From NCBI GenBank assembly GCA_024275075.1, contig JAJRZU010000070.1:17234-81233 (forward strand): 64,000 nucleotides of DNA. The letters run 5' to 3'. This DNA is from Deltaproteobacteria bacterium. GTDB taxonomy: Bacteria; Desulfobacterota; JAJRXV01. Position numbers and translations under genes: made by a program. The notes beneath the pieces were generated by a model that ran no database searches, was not told the origin of the DNA, and was given only the letters and a program-made list of their open reading frames with translations. Positions 10,423 through 20,982 of this stretch are shown here, one piece after another (position 1 is the first letter of the stretch; each line of letters begins with the position of its first letter).

Positions 10423-10902
10423 GCGCAACTTCGTGACCTGACCGATAAATTAAACGCCTCTGGCAGCCGCGGCGCTTTTATCGCGCAAAGCGCGGTTGCC
10501 GGTAAAAGAATATATGCGTTTATCGTAGATATCTTTTTCATAGTTTTATTAAACGTCTTGATCTTATCAATTGTCGCATCTCTTAACGCAAATGAGCTAT
10601 CCAAGAAGAGCCTTGATATTGAGTTCATATATTTTACTCTCTTCCTGACAACATTTTTGTACCATACTTTATTGCTCTACTTTTTCAAAAGGACATTAGG
10701 CTGCACTATCTTTGACCTTAGCATCGTGAAAGACCATGACGAACCGGTGGGGCTAAAAGATTGCTTTATCAGGTTCTCCGGGTTGCTATTGAACATCATG
10801 ACTCTTTTTATATTCGATATCATAGTGATTATGACCGGTAAGGGGCGCCCATTGCAGGACTCGTTCTCAAATACACGCTTAGTTACAGAACATGACAAAT
10901 AA
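10423..10902 (+). CDS. RDD family membrane domain (no own start codon; in -1 frame relative to upstream zinc-ribbon ORF)
   Basis: RDD signature GKRIYAFIVDIFF in frame 1, beginning right after the A10 tract. No ATG/GTG/TTG lies between the upstream stop and the conserved domain. Confidence 0.55.
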   Translation, partial: AQLRDLTDKLNASGSRGAFIAQSAVAGKRIYAFIVDIFFIVLLNVLILSIVASLNANELSKKSLDIEFIYFTLFLTTFLYHTLLLYFFKRTLGCTIFDLSIVKDHDEPVGLKDCFIRFSGLLLNIMTLFIFDIIVIMTGKGRPLQDSFSNTRLVTEHDK

Positions 10903-12532
10903 TAATAGCAGGCTAAACAGCATATCGCAAAGATACCCTGATATCTGGCGGTGGGTAATGCTCATTGTCATCCTGGCGCTCTCCGTCTTCGTACGCGTCC
11001 ACCTCATCGATGTACCACTTGAGCGTGATGAGGCGGAGTACGCGTATTCCGCGCGCTTCTTGCTCAAAGGGATACCGCTGTATACGCAGTCTTACGAATT
11101 CTTGAAGCTGCCGGGGCTTTACGCCATATACGCAGTGTTTTTGGGTGTCTTCGGCAATTCCGCCACGGGTATCCACACCGGCCTGCTTGTCGTGAACAGC
11201 CTCACTGTCATCCTGATATTCTTCCTGGCAAAACGCCTGATGGACACCACGGCAGGCATCACCGCAAGCGCAACGTTCGCTCTTGTCTCATTGAGCCAGC
11301 GGGTACTGGGTATCTCGACAAACGCCGAACCGCTATTATTGTTACCGGTAGTGGGCGGAACGCTTTTGCTGCTAAGAGCGATGGAGTCGCGCAGGCTGAA
11401 GGATTTCTTCCTCAGCGGGCTTGTGCTTGGAATGGCGGCGATAATCAAACAACCCGCCTTCTACTTTGTCGCGTTCGCCCTCTTTTACCTTGTATATTCA
11501 CAGATGGTCAAAGACAGGCTACGCTTCTCACAATGCGCCGCGAAGCTTGAGATTTTTGTTCTTGGTATCATCATACCTTTCGCTTTAGTCTGCGTCTTCA
11601 TGCAGCTGGCCGGTGTCTTTGACAAATTCATTTTCTGGACGTTTGAATACGCCCTGGCTCACGGGTCGGTAAACTCGCTTTCAAAAGGGTTTGGGATCTT
11701 TCGCAGCATAGCTCCATGGATAATAGCGCCGGCATCTTTGTTCTGGTTCCTTGCCGCCGTTGGGCTGTCGGCGATATACTGGGATGATGCGGCGCGAAAG
11801 CACGCGGTTTTCCTGATAGGATTCCTGGCCGCCTCCTTCCTTGCGCTCAGCCTCGGCCTCTTTTTCAGGCCGCATTACTTTATCCTCACCCTCCCGGCTG
11901 TCGCGCTGTTGACCGGTACCGGTGTCAGCTCGCTCACGAGGCTGATGAAAAGAAGCGGCGATAACCCGGTAATTAAATGGGCGCCGGTAATAATCACGGC
12001 ATTGGCGGCAATCGTATTCCTCGCAAGTGAAGGGGACTACCTCTTTTTTCAGAGCCCGCACGAGGTATCACGCTCGACTTACGGCGCCAACCCCTTTGTA
12101 GAGTCTATCAAGATCGCGCGATATATAAAGGAGCGGACATCTCCAGACGACCGCATCGCGGTGCTCGGTTCCCAGCCGGAGATATTCTTTTACGCCGACC
12201 GGCTCTCGGCAAGCAGGTTCACGGTGCTGTACACCCTTACCGGCGGGAATAAGTTCGCGGTCGAATTGCAAGAAGAGATGATCCGCGATATCCAGGCCGC
12301 CCACCCGAAATACCTGGTGTATGTGAACACACCGGCGTCATGGGCAATCGCCGAAGGTTCGAAGATACTGCTGTTTAGGTGGCTTAAAGCGTATGTCCCA
12401 ACACGATATGACCGTATCGGTCTCGTTGATATCCTTTACCCTGAGCCGTCAAAGTACTATTGGGACGCTGATCTGGCAGGTGTTCAACCAAGCTCCAAAC
12501 TTTGGATCTCCATATATAAAAGGAAGGAATAG
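10892..12532 (+). CDS. GT-C family glycosyltransferase (PMT/ArnT-like, family 39) polytopic membrane protein
   Basis: About 12 TM helices. ERDEAEYAYSA (DE motif in the first loop) is typical of ArnT/PMT_2 glycosyltransferases. Confidence 0.7.
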   Translation: MTNNNSRLNSISQRYPDIWRWVMLIVILALSVFVRVHLIDVPLERDEAEYAYSARFLLKGIPLYTQSYEFLKLPGLYAIYAVFLGVFGNSATGIHTGLLVVNSLTVILIFFLAKRLMDTTAGITASATFALVSLSQRVLGISTNAEPLLLLPVVGGTLLLLRAMESRRLKDFFLSGLVLGMAAIIKQPAFYFVAFALFYLVYSQMVKDRLRFSQCAAKLEIFVLGIIIPFALVCVFMQLAGVFDKFIFWTFEYALAHGSVNSLSKGFGIFRSIAPWIIAPASLFWFLAAVGLSAIYWDDAARKHAVFLIGFLAASFLALSLGLFFRPHYFILTLPAVALLTGTGVSSLTRLMKRSGDNPVIKWAPVIITALAAIVFLASEGDYLFFQSPHEVSRSTYGANPFVESIKIARYIKERTSPDDRIAVLGSQPEIFFYADRLSASRFTVLYTLTGGNKFAVELQEEMIRDIQAAHPKYLVYVNTPASWAIAEGSKILLFRWLKAYVPTRYDRIGLVDILYPEPSKYYWDADLAGVQPSSKLWISIYKRKE

Positions 12533-12632
12533 TCGCTGCGGCTTTGTCAGAGCAAAGTATGCAATAAAATATAAAAAATTGTTTTAAATTGCGGTATAAA
12601 TATGGTATATATTATAATATAATATTTAATTA

Positions 12633-12651
12633 AACAGGCGCACCTGTTTTT
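12633..12651 (+). terminator. Rho-independent terminator (AACAGGCGCACCTGTT + T5)
   Basis: Hairpin plus T-run, 100 nt after the glycosyltransferase stop. Same stem family as the 8182 terminator. Confidence 0.45.
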
Positions 12652-12718
12652 ATCTGTAGGGTTGTTTCCCCGTAGCTTGCTACGAGGAAGTTCATTAAAA
12701 ATTCAACTTGAGGAAATT

Positions 12719-13423
12719 ATGGAAAAAAGAGATAAAGTCTATGAAGGCAAGGCAAAAATTGTATACTTAACAGATGATGAGGGTCTTGTCATCCAGTATT
12801 TCAAGGATGATGCGACAGCCTTTAATGCCCAGAAAAAGGGGACTATCGTCAATAAAGGCGCGGTGAACAACAAAGTGTCTACGACGCTCTTTACGCACCT
12901 TGCAGGGCATGGAATACCAAACCACTTTGTAAAGCAGTTAAGCGACAGGGAGATGCTGTGCAAGAAGCTTAGCATAATCCCCATAGAGGTCATTATGCGG
13001 AATATAGTAGCCGGTAGCCTTTCAAAGAGAACCGGTCTCGCTGAAGGTTACGTTTTAAAGAGGCCGGTGATTGAGTTTTACTTAAAGGACGACGCGCTTG
13101 GCGACCCGATGATAAATGAATCGCACATAGATGTATTGGAACTTGCAAGGAAGGAGACTCTGGACGAGGTCAGAGGATGCGCGCACAAAATTAACGATAT
13201 ACTTAAAGATTTCTTTAACAGTAGAGATATTATATTAGTCGATTTTAAGTTAGAGTTCGGGTTTCACCATGGTAAAGTTCTCTTAGGTGATGAGATATCC
13301 CCAGACACTTGCAGGCTGTGGGACAAAAGCACAAAGGAAAAGATGGACAAAGACAGATTCAGAAGAGATCTTGGCAATGTCACTAACGCTTATGAAGAGG
13401 TACTAAAAAGGGTACAAGGCTGA
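12719..13423 (+). CDS. purC: Phosphoribosylaminoimidazole-succinocarboxamide synthase PurC
   Basis: MEKRDKVYEGKAKIVY..; SAICAR synthetase motifs. Start taken at ATG 12719 after a GAGGAA ribosome-binding site; the track extends an artificial N-terminus. Confidence 0.9.
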   Translation: MEKRDKVYEGKAKIVYLTDDEGLVIQYFKDDATAFNAQKKGTIVNKGAVNNKVSTTLFTHLAGHGIPNHFVKQLSDREMLCKKLSIIPIEVIMRNIVAGSLSKRTGLAEGYVLKRPVIEFYLKDDALGDPMINESHIDVLELARKETLDEVRGCAHKINDILKDFFNSRDIILVDFKLEFGFHHGKVLLGDEISPDTCRLWDKSTKEKMDKDRFRRDLGNVTNAYEEVLKRVQG

Positions 13424-13426
13424 TAC

Positions 13427-15580
13427 ATGAAGCTTGTTCTAAACAGTAAGAAGCTTAGCATTAAGGTTCTTTTAGCTCTTTTAATCACGGTTTTATTTGT
13501 TCTTACCGGTATCGTTTTCGGCTTATATTTCCATAACAGGATTAAAGTTATATTGGTAAGCGAGCTTAATGAGCGGGGCAAGGCATTAGCAAAGAACCTT
13601 GCCGCCAACAGCAGATACGGTGTAATAACAGAGGATGAGGAGATATTAAGCGGTGTGCTTGACGATGTGATAGATGAAAAGGATGTCGCGTTCATAATGA
13701 TCACCGATACTGACGGCAGGATATTGATCGGTAAGAGCAGCGAGAATGAAGCGAATATCAAGATTCCATCTGATGTTACAAATAAAGTTTTTAACAGCAA
13801 CAACTCGAGAATTATCCCGTTTAGCTATGATGATAGTAAATATGTCTGCGTCTCAAGCCCGATAAGGCTCGCGGAGGGGGCGGTGGAGCCTTCTGACAGC
13901 GTACCCGGTTCTTATGGCGGGACGGGTGGGAAGTCCTCGTCTATGGTCAAGAAGGGGTATGCTGTAATAGCATTCACGTTAGAGCACACATTAGGCGAAG
14001 TGGCGAATATATCCAAAACGGTCGCTATATTCATCGTCCTGATCACATCGATCGGTGTCCTTGTATCCCTGACCTTCATAAAGGCTGTTATCAAACCGAT
14101 AGAGAACATTATCGATGTTACAGGCAGGATAGCTGATGGCGACGTCACGATCCAGGTGGAGAAGACCGGTTTCAAGGAGTATGCCGGCCTGCAGGAATCT
14201 ATAAACAAGATATCGGGCAGACTGCGGGAGATATTGAACAGACTGCTCTGTACGTCACAGGAGATAACCGCCGCGACAGACTCTATACAAGACACCTCAG
14301 AGCACCTGTTTGAGGGAGCAAAGGAGCAGTCGTCATCTGTAAGCAGCGCTTCCATCTCCATGAATGAGATGAACGAAGCTATTAAATTGAATTCTGTGAA
14401 TATTGCAAGACTCTCTACATCCGCCAACCTGACATCGGCATCCATGAAAAAAATGGTTGATTCCATAGATGCAGTATCTACTAACACAAATACGCTTTAT
14501 GACTCCATAAACAACTCATCGAGCTCTATTATTCAGATGACCAGCTCCATTAAGGAGATCGCGAAAAGTACTGATGAGCTCTCAAACATTATGGCTACTA
14601 CTTCTGTAAGCATTAAAGAGATGGACCAGATGATATCGATGATCACTGATATCTCCGCTGACGCCTGCGAGCTGTCTGAACAGGTAAAGAAAAACGCTTC
14701 TGACCTGGGGCTGAAGTCTATCGAGCGGATGAGCGCGAGCATGGATAAGATAAAGGAATCGGTGGAGGATTCCACGAGCACGATAAAGAAGCTGGGCGCT
14801 ACATCAGGTAAGATCGGCGAGATATTGACTGTCATAGAGGGCGTTACAGAGCAAACAGGGCTCCTGGCATTAAACGCCGCTATCCTGGCGGCGCAGGCGG
14901 GTAAGCACGGGAAAGGCTTTGCCGTCGTGGCTGATGAGATAAAAGCGTTAGCGGACAGGACAGCGACCTCTACCAAAGAGATAGCGAATATTATCAAGGG
15001 GATCCAGGAGGATGTCGAGAGCTCCGTGACGGCGGTCTCTATCGGCAGGGACAACGTGACCGAGGGAGTGAAGCAGACCGATGCTGTCGTAAAGGCGTTC
15101 GAATCCATTTATAGCAGCGCGAGCTCTTCGGTCAACAAAGCGAGCGATATCAAAAGCTATTCCCTTGCGCAATCCCAGAAAGTCATTTCTATCAAGAAAT
15201 CTATCGAGATGATGTCAAACATGGTGCATCACGTCGTCAAAGCGACTAAAGAACAGAAGAACGCCAGCGAGCACATTATGAAGATGACTGAGAAGATATC
15301 TCATGTCACCACCAATATAAAAGATACTATCATTGAGCAGAGTTCGCAAAGCAAACATATCTCAAAATCGATCAATGACGTCACCGATGGTATAAGCGCT
15401 ATAAGCGCGGCGATATCAGAAGCAGCGAAGGGGACAGAGAACATCGTCACCGAGACGAATAAAATAAAGACGATAACGTCAAAGAATACTGAATATAATA
15501 ATGAACTTTATAAGGTTGTCAGAAGACTCTCCGAGCTGTCAAGAGTCTTAAAAGATGAGTTAAAACACTTTAAACTATAG
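13427..15580 (+). CDS. Methyl-accepting chemotaxis protein (periplasmic sensor, HAMP, MCP signalling domain)
   Basis: Two TM segments flanking a periplasmic domain of about 170 aa, then HAMP. Conserved MCP tip [32 protein letters not shown]. Confidence 0.85.
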   Translation: MKLVLNSKKLSIKVLLALLITVLFVLTGIVFGLYFHNRIKVILVSELNERGKALAKNLAANSRYGVITEDEEILSGVLDDVIDEKDVAFIMITDTDGRILIGKSSENEANIKIPSDVTNKVFNSNNSRIIPFSYDDSKYVCVSSPIRLAEGAVEPSDSVPGSYGGTGGKSSSMVKKGYAVIAFTLEHTLGEVANISKTVAIFIVLITSIGVLVSLTFIKAVIKPIENIIDVTGRIADGDVTIQVEKTGFKEYAGLQESINKISGRLREILNRLLCTSQEITAATDSIQDTSEHLFEGAKEQSSSVSSASISMNEMNEAIKLNSVNIARLSTSANLTSASMKKMVDSIDAVSTNTNTLYDSINNSSSSIIQMTSSIKEIAKSTDELSNIMATTSVSIKEMDQMISMITDISADACELSEQVKKNASDLGLKSIERMSASMDKIKESVEDSTSTIKKLGATSGKIGEILTVIEGVTEQTGLLALNAAILAAQAGKHGKGFAVVADEIKALADRTATSTKEIANIIKGIQEDVESSVTAVSIGRDNVTEGVKQTDAVVKAFESIYSSASSSVNKASDIKSYSLAQSQKVISIKKSIEMMSNMVHHVVKATKEQKNASEHIMKMTEKISHVTTNIKDTIIEQSSQSKHISKSINDVTDGISAISAAISEAAKGTENIVTETNKIKTITSKNTEYNNELYKVVRRLSELSRVLKDELKHFKL

Positions 15581-15594
15581 ACATTTAAAAAAAT

Positions 15595-18573
15595 ATGATA
15601 AATAAAATCGAAGTATCGCTAAAGCCGTTTATAAGGGACGTGCGTGGGGAATCTGTTAGAAACGGGATCTCGAACTATCTTCACGTGGACGTTCAAGATG
15701 TAAGGATAATCGATACTTATATCCTCGAAGGTGACTTCACTGACAAAGAGATCGTCAGTATCGCTTCTAACCCCCTGTTAGACCCTGTAATACAAATGTT
15801 CTCGATCAACAAACCGATAAGCGGGGACTTTGATTTCATCATCATGGTGGGGTTCCTCCCCGGCGTCACCGATAATGTCGGGAGAACCGCGAAGGAAGCT
15901 ATCGGCACCTTTCTGGGCAGGCCTTTCGCAGACGGTGAAGGCGTTTACACCGCGCAACAGTATCTCATAAAAGGGGCGCTTGATTATGATGACGCGAAAA
16001 AGATCGCCCATGACCTTTTGGCCAATGAACTCATACAAAGCTTCCAGGTAATGTCGCAGGCTGACTTTTTGCGTGAGGGCGGCTTTGTGACAACCGCACC
16101 GAAAGTCAGCATCCTGCTTGAGGCGAAGGTGGATGAGATCGACCTGAACATCCCTGACGACGAGCTTGTCAAGTTAAGCAAAGATGGTCTTTTGGCGCTC
16201 TCATTAGATGAGATGAACACGATCAAAGATCACTTCAACGATGATGAGTTCATCTCACAAAGACGAAAGGTCGGCCTGACTTCCCGCATCACCGATGTCG
16301 AGCTTGAATCACTGGCGCAGACATGGTCTGAGCACTGCAAGCATAAGATATTCAACGCTGACATAGACTATACTGATGAACTTGGTATTACCACCAGAAT
16401 CAGCAGTCTTTTTAAAACATATATCGTCAACTCGACGAAGAAGATTCGGCGAAGTAAGGGTAATAACGATTTCTGCCTCTCCGTCTTCAAGGATAACGCC
16501 GGTGTCATCTCGTTTGATGATAACCACAATATCGTACTCAAGGTTGAGACTCACAACAGCCCTTCCGCGCTTGACCCGTACGGCGGCGCCCTTACCGGTA
16601 TCGTCGGCGTCAATCGGGACCCGTTCGGCACCGGTCTCGGCGCGAGGCTGATATTCAACACCGATGTCTTTTGTTTCGCCTCGCCATTTTACGATAAGGA
16701 GCTGCCACCGAAACTGTTGCACCCGCGCAGGATATATGAGGGTGTCGTCACCGGTGTCGAGCATGGCGGTAACAAGAGCGGCATACCGACTGTCAACGGT
16801 ACGGTCGTGTTCAATGAACGGTTCCTTGGGAAACCGCTCGTCTTCTGCGGCACCGGCGGTATTATGCCGAAAACGATCAACGGCAGGCTCTCCCATGAGA
16901 AGAGAGCGAATGCCGGTGACCTCATCGTCATGACCGGCGGCAGGATCGGTAAGGACGGCATCCACGGCGCGACATTCTCCTCTGAGGAGCTACACGAAGG
17001 CTCACCGGTGACGGCAGTGCAGATAGGCGACCCGATAACGCAAAAGAAGATGACGGACTTTCTGCTCATAGCGAGGGATCTTGGGCTCTACAGCTCGATC
17101 ACAGATAACGGCGCTGGCGGGCTCTCGTCATCCGTCGGTGAGATGGCCGAAGACTGCGGCGGGTGCCGGCTTCACCTTGACAAAGCGCCCCTGAAGTACA
17201 GCGGGCTCCAGCCATGGGAGATACTCGTCTCCGAGGCGCAGGAACGGATGACGCTCGCGGTGCCCAAGGAAAACATCGAGCGGTTCATGGAGCTGGCGAA
17301 GACTATGGATACTCAGGCCACCGTTTTAGGGGAGTTCACCGACACCGGTATCTTCCACATCCTGTATGAGGATAAAACGGTCGCGTACTTAGAGATGGAG
17401 TTCCTGCATCACGGCCTGCCCCCGATGAACCTGACGGCGAAGTTTGAGACGCCGCGTCACACCGAACCTGACCTGCCCGATTAGGTAGACATAAAGGATA
17501 CTCTTCTCAAGCTGATGAGATCATTAAATATTTGCAGTAAGGAATCGATCGTGAGGCGGTATGACCACGAGGTGCAGGGCGGCAGTGTCATAAAGCCGTT
17601 TGTCGGCGCAACGAACGACGGGCCGTCAGACGCCGCTGTTTTGCGGCCTCTCCTTGAATCGTTCAAAGGGATAGTCGTCTCGAACGGGATATGCCCGGAG
17701 TACAGCGACATAGATACGTATCACATGGCGGCGTGCGCGATCGACGAGGCGGTACGAAACGCTGTCTGCGTGGGCGGCGATATCGAGCACATGGCGGGGC
17801 TTGACAACTTCTGCTGGTGCGACCCGATAAAGAGCGACAGGAACCCGGACGGCGAATACAAACTCGCGCAGCTCGTCAGGGCGAACAAAGCGCTCTACGA
17901 TTACTGCACGGCCTACGGAATACCCTGCATCTCAGGGAAAGACAGCATGAAGAACGATTACATAATGGGCAGCTTGAAGATATCGATACCACCGACCCTG
18001 CTGTATACAGTGTTTGCCACGATCGATGACGTCAGAAGAGCCGTGACGATGGATTTCAAAGCAGCGGGCGACTGCATATACATCCTGGGCATCACAAAGG
18101 ATGAGCTCGGCGGCGGCGAATACTATAACCTGCTTTGCGCTACGGGCAACACAGTACCGAAAGTCGATGCGAACGCGGCCTACCACCGCTACAAAGCGGT
18201 ACTGGCCGCGATGAAAGAAGGGATTATCCGCTCATGCCACGACGCGTCCGACGGCGGGATCGGTGTGGCTATCACCGAATCCGCATTCTCTGGCGGGTTC
18301 GGGGCAAAGATCGACCTGACAAAAGTGCCTTGCGGCGATATCACAAGGGATGATATAATACTGTTCTCAGAATCGCAAAGCCGCCTGATCGTCTCAGTCA
18401 GCCCCAAAGATGAAAAGCGGTTCAGGTAGATCATGAGCGCGGATGCCTATGCCCGGATCGGAACTGTAACAGACAAAAAAGAGCTGATAATCAAAAGATT
18501 GGACAAAAGCAACGTGACTATCGATATAGATACATTAAAAAAAGCATGGCAAAAGCCGCTAAAGGGGTTATAA
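15595..18573 (+). CDS. purL: Fused PurS-PurL phosphoribosylformylglycinamidine synthase, interrupted by two in-frame TAG codons (17482-17484, 18427-18429)
   Basis: The N-terminal ~80 aa resemble PurS (VSLKPFIRDVRGESV..VQDVRI). PurL AIR-synthase domains run in one frame across both TAGs (..EPDLPD*VDIKD..NICSKESIVRRYDHEVQG..; ..EKRFR*IMSADAYARIGTVTDK..LKKAWQKPL). True stop TAA at 18571-18573. Confidence 0.8.
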
Positions 18574-18593
18574 AAAGACTTAACCACAGAGTA

Positions 18594-18703
18594 CACGGAG
18601 TGCAACGCAACAATAACATGAACAAAAACGTTGCGTTGCGTTTCGCTTAACAGCAACCTACTCGGCTGTGATAGAAAACTCTCTGTGACCTCTGTGGTGA
18701 AAG
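18594..18703 (+). other. Structured intergenic element between purL and purQ (nested inverted repeats)
   Basis: CCACAGAG (18594-18601) pairs with CTCTGTGG (18685-18692). There is also a perfect 10-bp inverted repeat, GCAACGCAAC (18602-18611) and GTTGCGTTGC (18630-18639). The element contains one copy of the 33-nt repeat. Confidence 0.4.
18629..18661 (+). repeat. 33-nt repeat, copy A (cgttgcgttgcgtttcgcttaacagcaacctac)
   Basis: Matches the reverse complement of 36572-36604 at 32 of 33 positions. Confidence 0.55.
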
Positions 18704-18735
18704 AGCTATTTGTGGTTCTGAAAGAAGGTAACGAA

Positions 18736-19572
18736 ATGCCGGTAAAGACAAAGGCGGCGGTAATAACAGGTTATGGTGTCAATTGCGAGCGTGAGATGGC
18801 TCATGCCTGCGCGTTGGCCGGTTTTGATATCGTTGACATAATACATATCAGCGAGCTGTTGAGCTTTGCGAAGGATATCAACGGGTACCATTTCCTGAAC
18901 TTCGCCGGCGGCTTCTTAGACGGTGATGATCTGGGCAGCGCGAAGGCCTGCGTGAACCGGTTCAAGTACGCCGTACCTTCTGGCGGCGGTGAGAAGATAG
19001 TCGATCAGATCCAGCGGTTCATCTCGGATAAGAAGCTGATTCTGGGTATATGCAACGGTTTTCAGCTCATGGTGAAGTTCGGTATCCTGCCGGGCTTTGA
19101 CGGCAGTTACATTGACCAGTCGGCTACATTGACGTTCAACGATTCCGCGCGTTTTGAGGATAGGTGGGTCTATCTCAAGATCAACGACAGCTAGCCATGC
19201 GTCTTCACAAAGGGCGCAAAAGGAGTATACCTGCCAATCCGGCACGGTGAGGGGAAGTTCATCTCAAACGATGATGAGACCCATAATAGGATCATCAGTA
19301 ATAACCTTAACGCTATCATGTACAGTGACAGCGATTATGTCGCGACGGACGTACCGTATCCGATGAACCCGAACGGCTCGAAGGCTGGAATCGCGGGTAT
19401 CTGCGATCCAAGCGGCAGGCTTTTTGGCATGATGCCGCACCCCGAAGCCTACCTGCACTACACGAACCATCCGCGCTGGACCCGCGAGAAGATGCCCGAA
19501 GAGGGGCAGGGTCTTTTATTCTTTAAGAACGCACATAAATATGTGAAGGAGCGCCTGACCGAAAATGCATGA
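18736..19572 (+). CDS. purQ: Phosphoribosylformylglycinamidine synthase glutaminase subunit PurQ, interrupted by in-frame TAG at 19192-19194
   Basis: Class I glutamine amidotransferase ([14 protein letters not shown]). Homology continues in the same frame after the TAG (..[34 protein letters not shown]..). Confidence 0.8.
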
Positions 19573-20977
19573 TTTAAAAGAGAAGTGTGGGGTTTTTGGT
19601 ATATACGGCCACCCCGAAGCATCCAACCTTACGTATCTGGGGCTCTACGCGCTTCAGCACAGGGGGCAGGAGAGCGCGGGGATCGTATCCCTGGACAATA
19701 AACAGTTATACAGTTACAGGCAGATGGGGCTTGTCGCGGATATATTCAATGAAAGCGTGCTCGACACCCTGCCGGGCAACGCTGCGATCGGGCACGTTCG
19801 CTACTCCACCACCGGTTTCAGCCAGTTGAAAAACGCCCAGCCCTTTGTCGTCGACTACTCATTGGGCAGCATCGCGGTCGCGCATAACGGGAACCTGATA
19901 AACGCTGACCTCTTAAGAGATGAGCTCGAAGCTCACGGCGCGATCTTCCAATCGACGATGGATACAGAAGTGATCATTCACCTGATATCGATATCGAAGA
20001 AAAAGTACCTATTAGACAGGCTGATAGAGGGCATCTCATTTATAAAAGGGGCATATTCCCTTCTATTCCTGACAAACGAGAAGATGATCGCCGTAAGGGA
20101 CCCGAACGGGCTAAGGCCGCTCGTATTGGGTAAGCACAAGAACGCGTGGGTCGTTTCATCGGAGTCATGCGCGCTCGACCTGATTGACGCCGAGCTGGTG
20201 CGGGAAGTCGAGCCCGGCGAGATAATAGTGATCGACAAAAACGGGCTTAAATCATACAAGCCGTTTGAGGAGCGGGACGAGACGTTTTGCATCTTTGAAT
20301 ACATATACTTCGCGAGGCCGGACAGCATTATCCAGGACAAAAACGTGTACGAGGTCAGGAAGATGCTTGGCAGGCAGCTCGCCAGGGAGTGCCCGCTCGA
20401 CGCCGACTATGTCATACCGGTGCCAGACTCGGGGATACCGGCCGCATTGGGCTATTCTCAGGAGAGCGGTATACCGTTTGAGCTTGGTATAATTAGGAAC
20501 CATTATGTCGGCAGGACTTTCATCGAGCCGCGCCACTCTATCCGTGGTTTTGGTGTCAGGATAAAGCTGAATTCACTGAAGAAGGTCTTGAATAATAAGC
20601 GGATCGTACTGATAGATGACTCGATCGTCCGCGCTACTACGTCGGAGAAGATCGTCAAGATGATGCGTTTGGCCGGTGCGAAAGAGGTGCACATGAGGAT
20701 ATCGTCACCACCGACTACGCACCCGTGCTATTACGGTATCGATACCCCTACAAAAAGGGAGCTGATCGCGTCGAGCCATACGATAGAGCAGATAAACACG
20801 AAGATCAAAGCGGACTCTCTGGGCTATTTGAGTATCGAAGGAATGAGGAATTCGGCAAACAGCCTCTCCGTGGGGAAACCGGACAGATACTGCGATGCCT
20901 GCTTCACGGGTAATTACCCGATAGGCTACCCCAAGCACAGAAGAGAAGCCCAGCTCGATCTATTTAATAAGAAGTAA
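19565..20977 (+). CDS. purF: Amidophosphoribosyltransferase PurF
   Basis: Propeptide plus CGVFGI Ntn nucleophile, then PRTase domain. 470 aa. Overlaps the purQ stop by 8 nt. Confidence 0.9.
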   Translation: MHDLKEKCGVFGIYGHPEASNLTYLGLYALQHRGQESAGIVSLDNKQLYSYRQMGLVADIFNESVLDTLPGNAAIGHVRYSTTGFSQLKNAQPFVVDYSLGSIAVAHNGNLINADLLRDELEAHGAIFQSTMDTEVIIHLISISKKKYLLDRLIEGISFIKGAYSLLFLTNEKMIAVRDPNGLRPLVLGKHKNAWVVSSESCALDLIDAELVREVEPGEIIVIDKNGLKSYKPFEERDETFCIFEYIYFARPDSIIQDKNVYEVRKMLGRQLARECPLDADYVIPVPDSGIPAALGYSQESGIPFELGIIRNHYVGRTFIEPRHSIRGFGVRIKLNSLKKVLNNKRIVLIDDSIVRATTSEKIVKMMRLAGAKEVHMRISSPPTTHPCYYGIDTPTKRELIASSHTIEQINTKIKADSLGYLSIEGMRNSANSLSVGKPDRYCDACFTGNYPIGYPKHRREAQLDLFNKK

Positions 20978-20982
20978 ATAAA

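Noticed and set aside
12662-12718. N-terminal extensions implied by track starts (purC 12662, TrxR-like 1083, DUF58 32141, batE 40328, nptA 60963, PQQ lipoprotein 42498)
   Set aside because: The extended regions lack a ribosome-binding site and run through terminators or the preceding gene's stop. Internal ATGs with good Shine-Dalgarno spacing were used instead.
18594-18703. Purine riboswitch, tRNA or IS element in the purL-purQ spacer, and a mobile element delimited by the 33-nt inverted copies
   Set aside because: There is no purine-riboswitch consensus and no tRNA cloverleaf. No transposase or integrase gene lies anywhere between or near the repeats. The 18-kb interval holds housekeeping genes (purQ/purF, mutL, miaA). 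The element was kept only as a repeat or possible inversion-site observation.
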